Origin: Phoronis australis
Taxonomy: Eukaryota > Animalia > Phoronida
Length of the DNA: 64,000 bases
Assembly (NCBI GenBank): GCA_002633005.1
Contig: NMRA01000589.1
Coordinates: 92,641 to 156,640, forward strand
Direction of reading: 5' to 3'
Positions 63,001 through 64,000 of the stretch are shown here, in pieces (position 1 is the stretch's first letter; every line of letters starts with the position of its first letter). The notes under the pieces are model-generated. The model did not search any database. It had not been told where the DNA came from and saw nothing but the letters and a program-made list of their open reading frames with translations. The translations under genes were made by a program, and so were the position numbers.

Positions 63001-63721
63001 ATGTACATGGTTTAAAGTATGACGGCGTTAGTTCGAAGCTTATACAATTTCACACGGTTTGGGTAACGCTCAAGTAGCGATTATCTTCGGAGCATGTTTA
63101 GCTTAAGAACTAAGAACCTTATCGACAAGCCTGTTCAAAGCCTATAACCAAATTATCTAGAAAGCTATACGGACGTTAACTGCCGAAAAGCCTTCTGAAA
63201 GTAGAATGCTTATAGAACTCCTAACTCTATTTTGGAGATCAGAGCAACAGTACATGAAAGTCGCACGTGAATCCTATCACCCAATTCCGAGATGTGATGA
63301 GTCTAGGAGTTAGCCAAATATGGCTGTTTTACAGGGTCTTACATGACGTTAATTGAATTTGGAATTGGATTCAGACTCTAGTAGTTGTGAGCCAGAACAA
63401 TGATTCTTCACCAACATTTTAAACAACACTTTGATATTTTGAACTCATTCTTTTTGGAGATCTTCTCTTGGTTCATCTACATCTTACAATGGCGCATGCT
63501 GGAAATCGAATCAATTGTCACCAATTGATTGTATTTTTACAGGCAAACTTGAAACGTCTTACCTGCTTACAAACAACGCGTCTGGGCTGATGACAAGTCC
63601 AGGTTATCCAGCAAAATATAACGAGAGTTTCCAGAAAAGTTGGATATTAACAGTTCCAGAAGGACTGACAATAGACATGAAGCTGTACGTCAGATCGTTT
63701 GGTAATGGGGACTATATCAAA
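30031..63721 (+). CDS. Secreted/cell-surface MAM + tandem CUB-like domain protein (3'-partial, continues beyond window)
   Basis: Exons 30031-30058(ATG), 31390-31437, 31679-31842, 34156-34383, 34639-34771, 35774-35943, 37015-37162, 51524-51699, 56515-56665, 57236-57405, 58399-58570, 58785-58957, 61797-61965, 63543-63721; all GT-AG, phases consistent. Signal-like N-terminus [26 protein letters not shown]: [52 protein letters not shown]-like repeats: [15 protein letters not shown]...W; 4 complete plus one half. Confidence 0.85.
31905..32020 (-). mobile_element. Short tRNA-derived SINE (family shared with 55285-55397)
   Basis: Minus strand GGCAGTTAGTCCTAGTGG..GGTCGCGGGTTGAAGTCCCATTGGGTCAC then ACCCTTGA..TCCTCA-CTC, matching the second copy. 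Confidence 0.7.
32930..33309. mobile_element. MITE with perfect 18-bp TIR (Tc1/mariner-pogo-like)
   Basis: TTTCCGTAGATAAGCCCA / TGGGCTTATCTACGGAAA, with internal repeats of ATAAACGCCCATGGGCG. Confidence 0.7.
35007..35152. mobile_element. Small MITE with perfect 21-bp TIR
   Basis: TGTATATAAAATGTTCACTTA / TAAGTGAACATTTTATATACA. A 15-bp direct repeat CTGGTTCTGGTCTGT lies at 34995 and 35186. Confidence 0.7.
37333..45946 (-). CDS. ARSB: Arylsulfatase B-like sulfatase (10 exons, 551 aa), nested antisense in an intron of the MAM/CUB gene
   Basis: Exons (minus) 45946-45820(ATG), 44403-44273, 43833-43647, 41722-41523, 41280-41169, 41060-40965, 39934-39812, 39365-39245, 38200-38049, 37739-37333(TAA); 1656 nt, phases consistent. 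Signal peptide, [15 protein letters not shown], formylglycine motif [38 protein letters not shown] and GAWGPW place it in the ARSB/ARSI/ARSJ subfamily; exact orthology untested. Confidence 0.92.
39516..39630. mobile_element. hAT-like MITE with perfect 5-bp TSD
   Basis: TIR CATGGGCGG/CCGCCCATG; flanks GCTTG/GCTTG; internal sequence related to 46697-46845 and 49481-49590. Confidence 0.8.
41900..43610. repeat. Complex tandem-subrepeat element (~450-bp period visible at 42850-43150 vs 43300-43595)
   Basis: Repeated blocks GTCTGAAACTCGTC..GTTATCATCTCCATAG-AACATAT, CCAAAGAGTTAA, AAAATCAGTGTCAGC, AAGGCGGACGTCAAAAA and GCCACTAGGTG. Confidence 0.7.
44770..45700 (-). mobile_element. Degenerate DIRS/Ngaro-type tyrosine-recombinase retrotransposon in sulfatase intron 1
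   Basis: Minus translations [12 protein letters not shown] (DIRS RNase H-like), [14 protein letters not shown] (YR N-terminal domain) and [13 protein letters not shown] (YR catalytic Arg box) occur in canonical RH-YR order, with frameshifts and deletions. Confidence 0.75.
46697..46845. mobile_element. hAT-like MITE with 5-bp TSD
   Basis: CATGGGGGGCGCA...TGCGCCGCCCCTG termini; flanks TTGGT/TTTGT. Confidence 0.65.
46948..47348. mobile_element. PIF/Harbinger MITE with CWG TSD, absent from the duplicate copy
   Basis: TIR GGCCAGGTCTC/GAGACCGGGCC; flanks CAG/CTG; empty site GAGACCTGGTCAGAC at 49686-49700. Confidence 0.85.
48118..48270. other. Assembly gap (153 N)
   Basis: Run of N in the sequence. 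Confidence 1.
49039..49165 (-). CDS. Second intact copy of sulfatase exon 1 (allelic or duplicated)
   Basis: [42 protein letters not shown](G) with intact GTATGT donor; differs from copy 1 at H6R and G25R. Confidence 0.75.
53190..54033. mobile_element. TIR element with short subterminal repeats, containing a possible hAT dimerisation-domain relic
   Basis: Left TATTCCGAAGGTTCACTACT repeats are inverted to right GTGAACCTTCGAAGTGGTGAACCTTTGGAATA. Internal minus [34 protein letters not shown] weakly resembles the hAT C-terminal ERxFS motif region. Confidence 0.5.
54841..54963. repeat. Palindromic mini-element (hairpin)
   Basis: Perfect 24-bp arms AATATCCCACGAGACATTATTCCG / CGGAATAATGTCTCGTGGGATATT around a 5-nt loop, extending imperfectly to ~120 bp in total. 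Confidence 0.85.
55285..55397 (-). mobile_element. Short tRNA-derived SINE
   Basis: Minus GGCAGTGTGGCCTAGTG (A box) .. GGGTTCGAGTCCC (B box) ACTGGGTCAC; same tail as the 31905-32020 copy. Confidence 0.75.
59200..59692. mobile_element. Foldback MITE with arms made of ~20-bp subrepeats
   Basis: Left array of CTTAATCAACGAGTA/CTTAATCAACGCG; right array of CGCGTTGATTAAG (reverse complement). Confidence 0.7.
59768..59933. mobile_element. hAT-like MITE with perfect 5-bp TSD
   Basis: TAGTGGCAGATCCAG...CTAAATCCGCCACTG; flanks ATTTG/ATTTG. Confidence 0.75.
60600..61380 (-). mobile_element. DNA transposon remnant carrying a broken THAP-like exon
   Basis: Minus from 60974: [28 protein letters not shown] resembles the THAP N-terminus (M..CC..GC..F/YH.FP) with an in-frame stop; homologous to 10830-11280. 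Confidence 0.55.
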
Positions 63722-64000
63722 GTGAGTAGGTCTTGGACAGGTCTGATTTATAGACACTGTGTCGATTAGTCAATGCCGTACTAAGGGTTCAAGGATACGT
63801 ACTAGTACGGATTCTATTTAATCCAACGAATATTTACTATTCATTATGATATTCAACCCTTGTCAACCCACAAGTTGATGTCGGGGAAAGGTGTTCGTGG
63901 ATAAGGGCATTACAACCAGAACTTATTTAATGAGGTGCAGTGTTGTTCCCAGAATATGGCATTTGTTGGCATATACAGTCTACTCAATGCTTCAAGTTGA

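Overview
AT-rich, intron-rich metazoan (invertebrate-like) genomic DNA, not prokaryotic; most ORFs in the six-frame track are spurious or single exons. By hand-splicing GT-AG exons with consistent phases I reconstruct four genes. (1) A coiled-coil SYCP1-like gene (+, 15 exons, 2980-13801, possibly 5'-partial). (2) A divergent SOX-like HMG-box gene (-, 6 exons, 27995-14322, 439 aa), tail-to-tail with gene 1; its HMG box is split by an 8.2-kb intron holding a ~4.3-kb foldback element. (3) A secreted/membrane MAM + multi-CUB gene (+, from 30031, running off the window), head-to-head with gene 2; its CUB domains largely lack the canonical cysteines. (4) A complete arylsulfatase B-like gene (-, 10 exons, 45946-37333, 551 aa) nested antisense inside a 14.4-kb intron of gene 3. 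The first exon and upstream region of the sulfatase occur twice either side of a 153-N gap, most likely an uncollapsed haplotype. Introns are dense with degraded Penelope, DIRS/Ngaro, LINE-like and THAP-bearing elements, tRNA-derived SINEs and several MITE families with readable target-site duplications. All gene models and family calls were made by eye without database searches.
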